From the NCBI GenBank assembly GCA_030248215.1, contig JASANG010001414.1, forward strand, positions 496,001-560,000: a stretch of DNA of 64,000 nt, given 5' to 3'. Below, one piece after another: positions 15,001-26,364 of this stretch. The first letter of the stretch is position 1. Every line of letters starts with the position of its first letter. The notes under the pieces are model-generated. The model saw only the letters and a list, made by a program, of their open reading frames with translations. It did no database searches and was not told the DNA's origin. Source of the DNA: Enoplolaimus lenunculus (taxonomy: Eukaryota). The position numbers were made by a program, and so were the translations under genes.

Positions 15001-18000
15001 AAGCCATCCATGTCATAAATTAATAAAATAATCACTTTGGGAGAACTTGAGCCTTCACTTAAAACAGTGAGACCGAGACCGCCTACCCCTGGCCATTAAA
15101 AGTAACATGGGCCAAACAAATATTGCAACTGAACGCAACGCTACAAACACAGAATAGTGGATGAAATACGGTCGCTATTAATGTGTTAAAAATGCATCGG
15201 CGTGAGATTTTAAGCTTTGTCACGTAAACACTTTGGATACCTTATGCCACAGAATTAAGATTGTTACCTTTGTTCTGATATTTGAAACATGATTAGAGAT
15301 TAGAATTAATTATCCGCTCTAGCTCTGGCCGGATACTAAAATTATTTCGTTCCAGCAAGGTTCAACCGGAATTCTTGCAAAAATTCAATTCCTGTTTCTG
15401 TTCCTGCATTCCAAGATGCAGGAACCGGAATTTTTCCGTTTTTGAGGCAAATTATTCATAATCATTTAAACATTGGAAACTTTGTCTTTAAAAAATTGTT
15501 ATTTCAACATGAGTACGTATTTTTAAAATTACTTCAATTTTGTTAATAAACTGTTTCTGTTGTGTTTTCGCAAAACTTGATGATAAAAACGTGAAAATTC
15601 ATTTAAGCAATTTTTTGGTTTTTTTAAACGTCCAACATTAATTCGGTAATAAAAGTTATTTCAAATTCCGGTTCCTGTTCTAGCTCCGGTTCCTGCAAAA
15701 AATTCAATTCCTGTTCCTGCAAAATTAAGTTCGTGTTGGAACCCAGGGTTCCGGCATTTATCGTATCCGGCCGCACTCTGACGTATTATATATACCCTCT
15801 TCTTGGACCACCATTGCGGCCGTTACGATCAGAATCTGACTTATTTCGAGTACGCCGGCCAGTTCCGCAGTGAGCAAAGGAAGGGTCCGTAACGCCATTG
15901 ATACCAGCACCGCCAGTTCCATCGCGGAAACGTTCACCAGCACTGCTTCGAAAGTGGTCGTCATGACCTGAAGTATAACTAAAAATATAAGTACTCTTAA
16001 GCGATGAATATCCGGCAGCATAGAATACACTATCCGGCAGCATAAAATACACTAGCCCAATGTTGATTATTTGCCAGAGTCGAATATTCGGTCGCACAGT
16101 ACTTCGTAAACTAATACGTGCTTTGCTGTTGTGGATTCGAAAGATACCCGCAACACTTGAATTACTGGCACTTTTCTAGCCTGATCTCGAGTGATTAACC
16201 ATCTCTGATCGCTCGTATGCACCATGTAAACAAACTTAAAGCGTATTTGGTGTTCATAAGTGAAATCTTTTAACGCAACAACCCAAAATAAAAATCGGCA
16301 CTGTGCGTTTATTCACGGCACGCACACCGAAGTTTGCACAAAAACAAAAACAACCAAAGGCGGCAAAATCGAGTTGCGATTCCGATTCCGATTGCACAAT
16401 CAAGCGGAATCGGAATTTCCACATATTAGTATTAGGCCTAATTGTTGTAATGTTGTAAAAAATTCTGCATCATTCATCTATTAAATTGTTTTCGATAGAT
16501 AAGTTAACTTATCAATAATTGATATTTTAAAATATGCGGAATCTGTGGACGAAAAACAAGTTGGGAAAAAACTTGAGTTTCGGCAAAATTTTCAGGACGT
16601 AAGTTTTTCATTTTTAAACTTATTCGACGCAATTCCCAATGAAACCGTAAAAATTCCGGTTCCTGCATCTTTCATCGTCGGATCAGAATGGTTTTTTGTA
16701 GAAATTGCGGCCGGAACAAGAACTCTGGTTGAACTCGGATATTTTGTTAATACAAATTATCCGCACAGTCACAAAATTTATAGTTACGAATCTGGCATAA
16801 ATTTCCTGTTCCGATTCCGGTATAATCCAGTTCCATTTTGCATCTGGTTACTGAACTTTTTTTTAACATTCAGGTTCCGGTAAAGTTTTACCGGAATTAA
16901 AAAATCAAAAATGACGCTAAAAATAAAATAATTTCATTCATGGTATAGTACATAACCCTTGACAATCAGCGTAAATAAACCATGTTAAAATAAAGTGAAA
17001 TTTTCGGTGGCATGTATTTTGCACTTTTCGGCTCAGGTAAATGTAATTCCGGTTGCACCCTAACATATCAGGGGGCACCGGAACCGGAATTTGAAAAAAT
17101 ACGCGAAACGGAACTGGAAAAATACATGCCACCGAAAAATTTAGTTTAATTTTCTTTTTGCAATATTATTGGTAAAATAGCCGTAGTTCGAGAATGTATA
17201 TATTCACTTTATCTGCTGTAGTTTGGATTTTCCTAATCCACGGAATCGACAATCAGATCTAGTACTAAAGGGTTTTGGGTGTGGGAAATCTGAACGAATT
17301 GTTTATAAACCTTCAAGACCGATAATCGAATAGTTAGCAAATAGTTAATTTACATATTAACTTAACTAGTTAAGCCTAAATTACGACTTTTTATATTATT
17401 TCAGAAGCATGTCCAAGCTTCGCTCAATACATGTAGTTCTAGTACGTCTGGTTTAACAGAATCCAAACCTTTAATGCCATTTTGTCTCCATCATAAATTT
17501 GTGATTCCGAAACTGAATAGGTATGTGCAGGTTATTTATGTTTTCGTTATGAATTTTTCATTCCGGTAATAAATTCCCGAAACCGGAAGGTGAAAAACTA
17601 CCAGAACCGGTAGTCCGGTTGCGTCCTGAATATATAAGCGCACACACGGCTAACTGTATCGTGCAGATATAAAGTTCAAAAATTAAAGCCTCACAAACCT
17701 CTAAATCGCGGTGGTTGGTCAGTTTTGCCGCGCAAATGACTGTCCGACGATTGAAAATTCGAAGTTTCGCTGTCTAAAAACGGATAAATGCCAACTTTAA
17801 ACTGTGAAAATAAAACATGTATAATTTTATTTTATTTTTAGTGAATTTCGAATTCACAAAACAGTGACCATCGATGACATTCCATAACTTTCAAAACCAT
17901 TTTGGCTATGCACATCAAACGTACTACGGCAACGGAGAAACGATTATTCAATATATACCAACATCATAAACACAACAAAGCTGAGATCGCTAATATTAAA

Positions 18001-21000
18001 TACAGACCTGCCCCTAAGCCTGTCGTATCATACTGCTGGCGGTACACTTTGAATCCGGCCCCTGCTTGGTCAACGAAACCGGTTCCACTACCATTACCAC
18101 CACTACCAAAAGACGTACCGCCTGTGCCTCCGCTGATCCCTCTCGCTGTCGGCGGTACTCCGTCATGCGACGTTACATGGCGACCTCCCCCGCCCCCTCG
18201 ACGAAAACGTCGACCACGATCGTTACCAGTCGGTACAACGTACGAGGCGGGAGGGGCCGCAAATCCGCCGTTGAACAAGCTTGCGATTTGACCACTGCCA
18301 CCACTGCTTTGATGCGTTGCTAATGAATCAATACCTGAAACACCACGGCTGTGGTCATCGTTGAAGTCTACATGATGGTGGTGATTCGCGTCGTCAACTG
18401 CTCCAACGTTTCGATCGTTATCTGATGCCGCTGTGTGCTGATGACGAGCAAATTTGTGTTCTGAAAACATTACGCATATATACATGTCGTAGGCCAATGT
18501 GTTATTCAGGCCAATCAAAGATTTAACTAGTCTAATATGTTATTTTATGTAATACATCAAAGTGGCAACAAAGGTTCTGATTCGGATTCGGCAAAAATTT
18601 GTGGTTCGGATTCGCATGCGGTTGAGAAAAAGCCGAATCCAAAAGCCAAATCTAACAATGTTCGGTAATGTTTTTTCAGTTTTCAATAATAAAAATTTTA
18701 AAAAATTTCAAAGCTGAGGGGTCGAGCACGAAATATATTAAGGTTTAAAAGTTAGGGGTTGATATTGCGTTGATATTCCGAAGAAAATATAGATATAACC
18801 GGATTCGGTCAAATCATGGATTCAGCGCCACCCTGTAATATATGTTTGTCGTAGGCTAAAGTGCTATTGAACTTACACATGGCATTATATCACTGTTGTT
18901 TTGCTACATCTCACAATTCTTGCTGTTTGGTATAGGCTGAATAGTAAATTAATCTACGACGACATAAGTACACATAATACGCCGTTCACAGTAATTTTGT
19001 AGATAACAGCGCTACAAAATCTCTCGACGATCAAGCCCGCAATTATTTCAGAAAAACTCTGGCAGATAACTCATAGCATTTTTATGAACGCCTTTACGAG
19101 GAGATTCGCGCAGAACACGATATTTTGATCCCGCAGAATTTTTTGACATTTTATAGTAAAATAACCCCATAACGGAACGGATTGACCAAATGAGACGATC
19201 TAGGTCTCATTTTACAACCGAGATAATGGCAAAAATGTGCTAATCCGTTTTAACATATTCGTTTTAAACTGTTTCAGCACTGTGCTCCCTTTTTTATTTT
19301 TTTTAAATGTCATTTTTTTTAAAAATTGAATGCGGTTTAGGCGGCATAGGTACGAAACCATAGACTAGTTAGCGACGCACAATACGTATCTTAGTGTACT
19401 GCGAACGTACTCGGGTACATGCAAACATTTGCATTACATATATAACAGTAAAAATATATAAAACTAAGTCACTCAGTTCCATGGTAGTTTGCATAAGTAC
19501 CGCAATTACTACCGGAACCGGATAATGAAAAATATGCACCCTGTGTATATATTAGAGATGTTTAATCGGCATTTGCACAGAAGTCAGTTTGAATGCTATC
19601 TATTTCACTTATTGGCGTATATCAGTGAGTATGATCAGGTAAATGTTGGCTTTTGCGCTTGTTTGAAAAAATTAATTGAAAAATGAACAGTTCTTATACG
19701 TAATTTAAATGTTTATGGTTTGGTGGTTAGGGTTTAAGCCTTCGCATCCAGGGTTTTTTTCAAAATTCGGCGTGGGTGTTTTATTGGTTTTTTTTTTTAA
19801 TTTCAGTGGGTTTTTAAATAAAATGTGTATTTCAAATACGTTCAAAAAGACATATATATAATTACGTATGCATTATATATACATACATGCATCTACGTAT
19901 AAGTTTACAAATACGTATACATATAAAAAATACGTATTGAAATGAGTCATAACTGCAGTGCTAAGTGAAATAGGTAACTTTCCGATAGGGGAAGGTGCAT
20001 AAATATTTTATTTGTCTCAGTTTGTATTTTTGATTTAAGTTTCAGTATTAGGTAAAATGGTTTCCTGTGAAGAACATTTGGAAGACTAGGGGTTTCTAGT
20101 GGGTTTGTTTGAATTTCGAGGGGTTTTTTAAACAAAGTGGGTGGAAACCTCCTATTTCACCCAAAAAACCCGTGCTTCGCATAATGATGCAATGTAGTAT
20201 CCTATCTGTTCTGTCGGCTTCGGTTCGGCATATTTACAAAATAAGATTCAGCAACGGTATCGGCAAAAATTTTGGTATCGCCAAAAATTTTGGTATCAGC
20301 ACATCTCTAATATATACTACAACTGCTTTCTAAATCAATATGGTGGCTTGGTTGTAACTTACCGGATTTTTTCGGCTTACTGTTTGTCTTCCATTCTTCC
20401 TGCAACAGATATGTTATGTATAAGCAGCACATATATAACAGAATTTCTCTCGTCGCCGTCTATTTTGACCATTTTCAGCTGTGCAAGAGTAGGTTAATAG
20501 GAGCACGAAAAATCCTTTGTCACTTCAGGGTCTACAAGTTGTGTACACGTATCAAGCAAGCAGTGAGATTCGCGAAAAACGAGACCTTTTGACCCCTCCC
20601 CCGGAATTTTTTTGACTTTTGGTAATGACTACTTAACGGGTGGACCAAATGAGAAGACCTTGCTCTCATTTTACTCCCCCGAACATGGATGGCAAAAATG
20701 TGCTCCGTTTTAAACAGTTTTAGCTCTGTGCCCTTTTCTATTTTTTTTGCAAATGTCATTTTTTTCAAAGAATTGAATGCGGTTTACTTGACATGACCAG
20801 GAAACCACACTTGTTAACGACTTGCAATACCTTAAAGTGTAGAAAATTGCGTGCTGTACAACATGTAAACAGCGTTAAGTGTTGCCAATTTTAATGCGAT
20901 CAAAAAGGAGCCTTTGTGCAGATATATACACTCAATCAGCTATTTCATTGCACCACTTTTTCCCTCAAGTTGTATGAATAACTGGTTTTAGCTATATTGA

Positions 21001-23023
21001 CATGTTACCCATAGTTTCTAACTATGTATAAAATAAATACAGAGTGTTAAAATTTATCCGTATATCACCTAGGTGTGTTTATGAGGCCAATATAAAAAAG
21101 TTATTAAAATGTGGAATGCAAATTGGTCCCCCAGGAGACAAGTAAAGTATAAAGTATACGTATATACTTGTCACTTTAAAGCTTTATACGCGTGATCCTG
21201 GTTTGAGTTGCCGTTGGCAACAAAACAAACGTAATGCAGTTATTTTATTAAGCGGGCTAACCTATCCCACTACAGTCGGGAATAGAGAAGATGTAGAGTG
21301 ATAAGTACGTATGATCGCAACCCAGAAACAAACTACGGCACAAGATATGCGTTAATCCTATCCTTCATACTGTCGGCGTTGCGTTGATGCAATAGCTAGT
21401 GTAGGTAGGTACTTTCAGCGTTTTTGTGTCTTAGAACAAAGTCTAGTCATTTATCGTAAGAAAAAGATATTTTGCAAACCGCTAAGTGCTTCACCAACGT
21501 TTTAACATGAACCATCACCAGATGAATAAAAGAATCTTTTTTGGCTCCAGCTTGAAAGCTTAGGTCAATTTAAGTGTCCACAAAAACCACAATGCGGGAA
21601 AACCTACTAACAGTTGTCAAATTTGTAAAGATCAGAAACTTCGAGGGGTGATCAAACTTCGACCTTTTTAACAACCGTATTCTACATCGACAAAATCGCA
21701 TTACTCAGGCTTTGCGATTTCAAACGAGCCCAAATTGCGAATATTTCCTAAACTTTCTTTTTTTACAAAATTTTCCTTCCGGAGAAATCAAAATAGTGTG
21801 CTTTTCCGCACATATCCTCTTATCTAGCACTGTACGTACCACGGCTGGACATGGTGTTATATGGCCAAATAAGGGCCAAACAGAGAGATTTGAAGAGCAA
21901 AACGAATAAACTATCCGCAGCTAGTTTAATATTAATTCTGATATATTTCAGACTGTCACGGGAAAATAAGCTCACCTTGCTCTTGTCATATTTTTCAGTG
22001 TCCTCAAAGTATTTAAGAACAGCTCGGTCAACACTATAATCTTCATCTGCACAATCATTCAATAACTGAATCGCTGTTATTTCTAAACAGCCTATGACGT
22101 CAACAACCTGAAATAACTAAATGCGTTGCAAAATATACATATATAAGTACAATACAAAACACACGAACGCCCACCCCATGTATGCTTTAACCAGGGACCG
22201 ACCGACCGACCGTATACGTACTAATTTAACTGGACACCGGAACCGAATAGTAAATTTTTTACCGGAACCGAATATTAATCGAATATTTTGAGTTGTCTAA
22301 AGCATCTGTTCATTGAATTACAATTAATTTTTAGCGTGTATTTTTATTCTACTTCGGTGTCTAGTCTAAGTTTCTTGACTAACTTGCCTAGAACGGCAAA
22401 ACGTTTAGTATGTCGGCATGAAAAAAGGCGTCTGGTTATTCGAGACAAGAACCGCGAATATCCGCTACCCGGTAGCTTTCTACAGGATATCAATACTGTG
22501 AAGATGTAGTTTAGCCGGATATCAAACCGAAACCGGATGTCAAGACGATCACGGCTGCTAACCAGTCAGTTAATCTGAATTCACTTCCATACTAATCTCA
22601 ACCTTTCATGTTTGCACATATGCATTTAAACTTTACAAACTCAAGTTGTTTTTCTCGAACGATAATCTAAAACGAGAATAAACAGAAATGCGATGCGCTG
22701 AAGCAAATTTTACTTCTAAAAATCATATCACGTACATACCTGTCTAATTTTTTCCCTCATTTCCTCCGCATCTTGTGGTTTTGCAGGCTCCCCAATCAAT
22801 TTCGCCATGCGCAATTGCTCCGTTGTCGGCTGCAAAAAAGTTAGTTACACGCTTAATAACCTAAAAGAAGTGTGCATACATACGTATGTTTATGAAAACA
22901 TATTTTATCATCGACGACATCCCCGATAGCACAGCATTCGCATTCTTTCCTCAACAGACTTCAATCGTCACTTACTTGTTGTGCCTTTACTGCCGGCGGG
23001 CGGTCTTGGAAGACTCTGCCCAT
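24..23023 (-). CDS. UBAP2L: Ubiquitin-associated protein 2-like / lingerer homolog; multi-exon gene, 3' end lies beyond the left edge
   Basis: Phase-consistent GT-AG exons in transcript order: 22976-23023, 22740-22829, 21976-22107, 20363-20399, 18008-18460, 17699-17773, 15796-15967, 12697-13058, 12435-12479, 10462-11434, 8954-9146, 8318-8425, 7890-8023, 7496-7622, 6680-6743, 6341-6415, 2560-2879 (acceptor could be 2922), 2015-2222, 1215-1309, 291-365, 24-69. Family motifs: KAQQPTTEQLRMAKLI; UBA-like EKIRQVVDVIG...LLNDC...VDRAVLKYFE; RGG-rich segments; EWTGQNLVFTNS; APVEMPG..GNLDVQFGS (UBAP2/lingerer DUF3697-type). Confidence 0.85.
740..1190 (-). mobile_element. Partial copy of the Helentron-like element
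   Basis: Colinear similarity to 5541-5990. Confidence 0.6.
2015..2222 (-). CDS. UBAP2-like exon
   Basis: tttaag/gtaagt boundaries; overlaps ORF 1989..2216. Confidence 0.75.
2560..2879 (-). CDS. UBAP2-like exon, Gln/Thr/Ala-rich
   Basis: Lies within ORF 2497..3030; gtatcc donor; acceptor ambiguous (2879, 2919 or 2922, all phase 1). Confidence 0.7.
2958..3431. mobile_element. hAT-like MITE
   Basis: Ends CA(C/G)GGATGT…ACATCCCTG; perfect 8-bp TSD ATGTTTAT (2950-57, 3432-39); subterminal gagacc repeats. Confidence 0.85.
5539..6278 (-). mobile_element. Helentron/DINE-1-like non-autonomous element with internal tandem repeats
   Basis: Subterminal inverted repeat ATTGAGCGAAGC/GCTTCGCTCAAT (degenerate at the 5541 end), a small terminal hairpin (agtcc-cacta-ggact in the copy at 740) and repeated gctaa(a/t)atgcaaatta…tagctaacta units. 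Partial copies at about 740-1190, 17260-17452 and 63297-63380. Confidence 0.6.
7890..8023 (-). CDS. UBAP2-like exon with VEMPG/LDVQFG motif
   Basis: APVEMPGASGLGNLDVQFGSFD; ttttag/gtaagt boundaries. Confidence 0.85.
8954..9146 (-). CDS. UBAP2-like exon (…WAQQATDLLKTELG)
   Basis: ttttag/gtaagt boundaries; phase 2/0; overlaps ORF 8906..9145. Confidence 0.8.
9418..10202. mobile_element. hAT-like MITE (TAGGGATGT family) hosting a nested insertion
   Basis: taggaatgt…acatcccta ends; atcggc repeats; similar to 14136-14489 and about 19553-20309. Confidence 0.7.
9795..10154. mobile_element. hAT-like MITE (CAGGGTGCAACCGG family)
   Basis: TIR CAGGGTGCAACCGGAATT; perfect 8-bp TSD GGCATAGG. Relatives at about 11904-12308, 16800-17630, 48324-48701 and 52170-52380. 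Confidence 0.9.
10462..11434 (-). CDS. UBAP2-like large low-complexity exon
   Basis: Lies within ORF 10458..11471; ttaaag/gtgagt boundaries; contains EWDVADGTEWTGQNLVFTNS. Confidence 0.85.
12697..13058 (-). CDS. UBAP2-like exon, Gly/Arg-rich, ends IGMWNSSTVEESN
   Basis: ttttag/gtaagc boundaries; phase 2/1; overlaps ORF 12569..13003. Confidence 0.8.
13995..15113. mobile_element. GGCC(C/A)ATGTTACTTT-family MITE interrupted by two hAT-like MITEs (14136-14489 and 14542-15091)
   Basis: Host ends gaccagtgttattttaggggcg…aaaagtaacatgggcc. Insert 1 has a perfect 8-bp TSD ATCCTAAG; insert 2 has TSD gtccttaa/gccattaa. Confidence 0.8.
15796..15967 (-). CDS. UBAP2-like exon
   Basis: Lies within ORF 15786..16097; cttcag/gtatat boundaries; phase 1/2. 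Confidence 0.8.
18008..18460 (-). CDS. UBAP2-like exon, His/Gly/RGG-rich
   Basis: Lies within ORF 17964..18518; ttttcag acceptor, gtctgt donor; phase 1/1 fits its neighbours. Confidence 0.8.
21976..22107 (-). CDS. UBAP2-like exon encoding the UBA-like domain
   Basis: ttcag/gtgagc boundaries, 132 nt; VVDVIGCLEITAIQLLNDCADEDYSVDRAVLKYFEDTEKYDKSK. Confidence 0.85.
22740..22829 (-). CDS. UBAP2-like exon (PTTEQLRMAKLIGEPAKPQDAEEMREKIRQ)
   Basis: ttgcag acceptor, gtatgt donor, 90 nt, phase 0/0; resembles the conserved ATAEQIRLAQMI motif that precedes the UBA domain. Confidence 0.85.
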
Positions 23024-23282
23024 GCTGTTGGAGCAACGTAGCTTTAAAAATATCAAGCAGTATATTTGCGGTTGAAGAATATTACAATAATGTGAGTGTA
23101 TTTACAGTGGGAATACATAATAAATGTAAAACTAAAACGTTCGCGTTCTGTATGTTTGACTTCGCACTGCCGTAAGATAACATAATGGGTTGCACCATAG
23201 CTATGATCTAAAAATTACTGTCGTGTAAAACATGAAATGCATGAACTTGAAAACTTTGAGTATACGAGGGAATTCTGACTTA

Positions 23283-23863
23283 AGTCCTATTCACACGTGC
23301 AGGTTTTTGCGGCTAGAACTTGCAGCTGCAAATTGCAATTTGCAGCTGCAAGTTATTCGAACAGGATTTTGGAAAAAAACTTGCAAGAAAGTTGCAGCTA
23401 CAAGCTCTCGCAGCAAAAAATTGCACGTGTGAATAGGGCTTTAGATTAAATACACAAAATTATACGAAATCTGTTCAATCAATGTCATTCCGTTCACAAG
23501 AGCAACGCAATATATCGTACAAAATGAGTGCCGTCGTAAACTAAAGCCCCATTCACACGTGCAAGTTTTTGCAGCGCGAACTCGCAACTGCACCGTGCAC
23601 GAAATACTTGCAGCTGTAATAATTTTCAAAGGAACATTCTGATTGACCAATAACTGCAGATGCAAGAAATTCAAGCGACTTGCAACTGCCTGCATAGCTG
23701 CGAAAGCATGAATTCAAGTGAATAATTTGCAGCTGCACCTTCAAAGCTGCTTTGTGACCAAACATGCACATGACGTTGCATGTGCATGTTTTTGCTGCAA
23801 AAACATGCACATGAAGATGCATGTGCAAGTTTTTGCGGCAAAATCTTGCGTGTGAATAGGGCT
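23283..23863. mobile_element. Two adjacent PIF/Harbinger-like MITEs (23283-23440 and 23545-23863)
   Basis: TIR AGCCC(T)ATTCACACGTGCA; TTA and TAA 3-bp TSDs; internal ttgcagctgcaa repeats. Confidence 0.8.
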
Positions 23864-24860
23864 TAAGCAAGGGTATTTTATAACACACACTCAAAAGCGA
23901 ATTTCAATGATTAATAATTATTGTGCACACTACATCGATTAATTGAGGAGCCGACGAAACGGAACACAAGCTTGAACCGGAAAGATACCCGGATGCAAAC
24001 TTCGGCAATTTACATATCGTCATCGCATAAAGTTTGCCTCCGGTTAGCTACAGGCACTAAGAAGCCTGCAAAGGTGATTTATTCATTAAAATATATTCCT
24101 TACAGAATAAATAGTGAAAAGACTGGAGTGTAAAAGCTTAAAATTCGTACCTTTCACTTTAAGCCAAAGGATTTCAGAGACGTTTTATTTTTCAACTAAC
24201 CATGTTGGGTGAGGTGTTGGTTAATTCCGTGCTGCTATTTGTTACTTTAAATGTGACGGTTTAAATTTTCATGGCCGTCAATTAACGAAAAAAATCCGAC
24301 ATGTAAAGTTAAGCAATTAAAAGGAAGACTTAAGTCGCGTCTTTCCAACCTGAATCTAGAGCTAATAATGTTTTGGAGAACTATAGAAAATATCCCGGCA
24401 AAAACGGTACACTGGAAAAGTTTTCAGTGAATAAAAAGCCGCAGAGCCATTACTTTTAAGTTTGTTTTGCACCTAAAACGTAGGGTGGCAGAGGTTTTCA
24501 ATATAGATTTCTGCCTGCCAGAATAATTAATGTGGCCGAAAATCGGTATTAATTTTAAGTGTCCCGCTCTGACTGTCCACACGCAGAGACGTTGGCTGGG
24601 TTGCAGAAACATGGCTTAAAGGCAAGACTTTACTTAAAGTTTTTAGTTTTGACTTAATAGCTCGGAGGTTTTCACCACACATTTTCATTCTTCCAAATAA
24701 TCGGTGGTTGTATTTTGGGCTACTAGTGGTAACTTTAATTATGGCGGCTGTTCCACCACCATCTTGCCGAAATACCAAGCTTTTGAGCAGTTTAAGTCTA
24801 TTTCTTGGCTCAATTTCTCTGCAACTCAGTTTACTGGTTGAATTTATAGGTCGTCTTTAA

Positions 24861-25124
24861 CTCCTTCTCACATTGAGTTGCGCATAGGCAACTCAGCGCA
24901 GTGTATATACGTTAAATAATATATATCACACCGTGTTTAACAATTGAAACCCGTATACATAGTACTACAATCACCACAAGACTTGAGAGCCCCCTCGGGC
25001 TCGAGTGTCAAGCTCCTCTAGCTGAGTGGTAATGGTATACTCTTCTCACTCCAATCACTGGAGATCGAATTCTAGCATAAAAGTAGGTCTCAGGGGAAAT
25101 AAAAAATATTCATGTGAGAAAGGG
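24861..25124. mobile_element. piggyBac-type MITE, copy 1, with tRNA-like internal segment
   Basis: TTAA|CTCCTTCTCACAT…ATGTGAGAAAGGG|TTTAA; near-identical to copy 2. Confidence 0.8.
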
Positions 25125-25149
25125 TTTAAGCGAAAAATTTTCAGTTTAA

Positions 25150-25400
25150 CCCCTTCTCACATTGAGTTGCCTCGCTGTGTATATACGATAAATAATATAT
25201 ATCGCACCGTGTTTAACAACTGCAACCCGTATACGTAGTACTCAATCACCACAAGACGTGAGAGGCCCCCTCGGGCTCGAGCGTCAAGCTCTTATATCTG
25301 AGTGGTAATGGTATACGCCTCTCACTCCAATCACTGGAGTTCGAATCCTAGCATAAATGTAGGTCTCAGGGGAAATAGGAAATATTCATGTGAGAAAGGG
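25150..25400. mobile_element. piggyBac-type MITE, copy 2, with tRNA-like internal segment
   Basis: TTAA|CCCCTTCTCACAT…ATGTGAGAAAGGG|TTAA; 13-bp TIR. Confidence 0.85.
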
Positions 25401-26364
25401 TTAACAAAGTTGTACACCTATAACCCTAGCAAATGTCTGAACAGCATACACAGATTACCAGCCCCTGAAAGATGATGTCAACAATTTCTGCCGAAAAGAT
25501 CAGGGGCGGAACGTTTTTCTGTGGGACCGGAAAAGAGTAAGCTTAAACTTTAGACTGATTTTTTGGTTGGCTTAGGCTTAATCTTAGGCTTAGGCTTAGG
25601 AATGTGCTCATTCTTAACGCTTAATTGGCTTAGGCTTAGGAATATGCTTATAACAATTTTTGCCCATGTTTTTTACATTGGCCACAATTTTTGAGCAGAT
25701 TTATCACCGCAAGAAATAAAAATTGGAACCATATATATAGATTCTTCACTCTCTAGGTACACGATTTTGTAACTTTTATCCGAAATTTTTGAAGTGTGTC
25801 CTCTCAGCTATTTAACACTAGCGTGAGCTCGGAGAAGATCCGATCAAACACCAAGAAATTCTGGATCCACATCTACGTTGAGGTCTCACTACGATCGAAT
25901 TTGACGGGAACTCGACCCATGTCTGCTCCGGCGCTGATGAGGTCCACAAAGGCACAAAAACGATTAAACCAAATGCTATTAATAAGCATTTATCCTGGAA
26001 TCGTTTATATATACTTTACCAGTGAATGACATAAATAATTTCATTTTGTGTGGCGTTGAAAAGCGAAAAGACTATCGTGTTACTGTAGAGTTATTGTTAT
26101 TGTGAATACTTTCGTTTACAGTAGTATCGTGTATGTCACATTTTTTCGCAAAACAATGTGATTGACAAAATAACACTCTTTAGCACTCGACCATTTTAGC
26201 TACCTGTGATTGTGCTCCCCAATATTAATTTGCTTTTGGCGCCGCTAGTTTAACGCTAAACCTCAATACCAAATATATGCAATTAGAAATTAAGCAAACA
26301 ACGATCGTAAACACAGCCGACAAATCATACATCATAAATCTGAACTTTATATTTATATAATTAA

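Noticed and set aside
10843..18323. Plus-strand ORFs over the GC-rich exons (10843-11278, 12879-13115, 17902-18323)
   Set aside because: Antisense shadows of Gly/Ala/Ser-rich UBAP2-like exons; no independent splice or homology signal.
22740..22829. Apparent frameshift between PTTEQLRMAKLI and DAEEMREKIRQ
   Set aside because: Recounting the G-run (ATT GGG GAG) gives a single open frame.
25012..25085. Functional tRNA gene
   Set aside because: Acceptor and anticodon stems do not pair; only promoter boxes and a loop remain, inside a MITE.
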